This document shows, piece after piece, positions 63,433 to 64,000 of a DNA stretch of 64,000 bases. Source of the DNA: Octopus vulgaris. Lineage: Eukaryota. Position 1 is the stretch's first letter. Every line of letters begins with the position of its first letter. Both the position numbers and the translations under genes were made by a program. The notes beneath the pieces are model-generated. The model saw only the letters and a program-made list of their open reading frames with translations. It had not been told where the DNA came from and did no database searches. Location of the stretch: assembly GCA_951406725.2 (NCBI GenBank), contig OX597831.1, positions 47,430,001 through 47,494,000 of the forward strand, read 5' to 3'.

Positions 63433-64000
63433 TCGAGCTTTCTCACAGTTTCCGTCTACCAAATTCATTTACTGGATTTGAGTTGGCCCAGAGTTATAAT
63501 AGAAAACACTTGCCCAGTATACCATGCAGTAAGACTGAACTCAAAATCAGGTGCTTGCAAAATGTATTTCTTAATTCTATAATATTTCGGGATAACTGTG
63601 TCCCCTTTTCGAATAAAGAAAACAGAACAACCGGAAAAGTTGTTACTATGGGAAAACCATCACAGTCTTATACAGTGCATGATTAATTTCTTAACATACT
63701 TAGGTCAAACTTTTATATTTGGTGGTCCATGGAGTTTGTCCTTGTGAATTTAGTGGACTTCCTCCTGAAAGAGGTTGTGATATCACTGTTATAGGGTCTT
63801 ACTATGCATAATAGTTTTATATCATGATACTATAGCAACAAAATTGTTATAAAGAAAATATATCTTCTTTACTGGGTATGCAACTGTCACGTAACACACT
63901 TAAAGAATAAAAGAATAAAAGAATAAAACAAGAACACTCAGAGAGCGCAAACCTCCGCCAAGGCAACACCAATGTCCTCTCAACGATTAATCAGAGATGA

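Overview
AT-rich, repeat-dense eukaryotic genomic DNA with one 100-N scaffold gap (9090-9189). The SINE and MITE repertoire suggests a coleoid cephalopod, probably Octopus (inference). Two host genes are supported. (1) Riboflavin kinase RFK lies on the minus strand; coding exon 1 (18405-18504) and exon 2 (11999-12150) were found by manual translation and are absent from the ORF track, and the later exons were not found. (2) Glutaredoxin-3/PICOT (GLRX3, 30479-31459, +) is complete and intronless. The rest is transposon sequence: three mariner derivatives, a long-TIR Tc1, piggyBac-, hAT-, pogo-, PIF- and Merlin-type MITEs, a 2.5-kb non-autonomous Helitron, RTE/CR1/RLE LINE fragments, several SINE families, a decayed 7SL copy, minisatellites and microsatellites. 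The most notable unannotated signal is a set of minimal type-I hammerhead ribozyme motifs in short Penelope-like inserts that are mostly microsatellite-associated: two with intact cores, one with an apparent G3:C8 compensatory swap, and several decayed. All alignments were done by eye; family names come from recalled motifs, not database searches.
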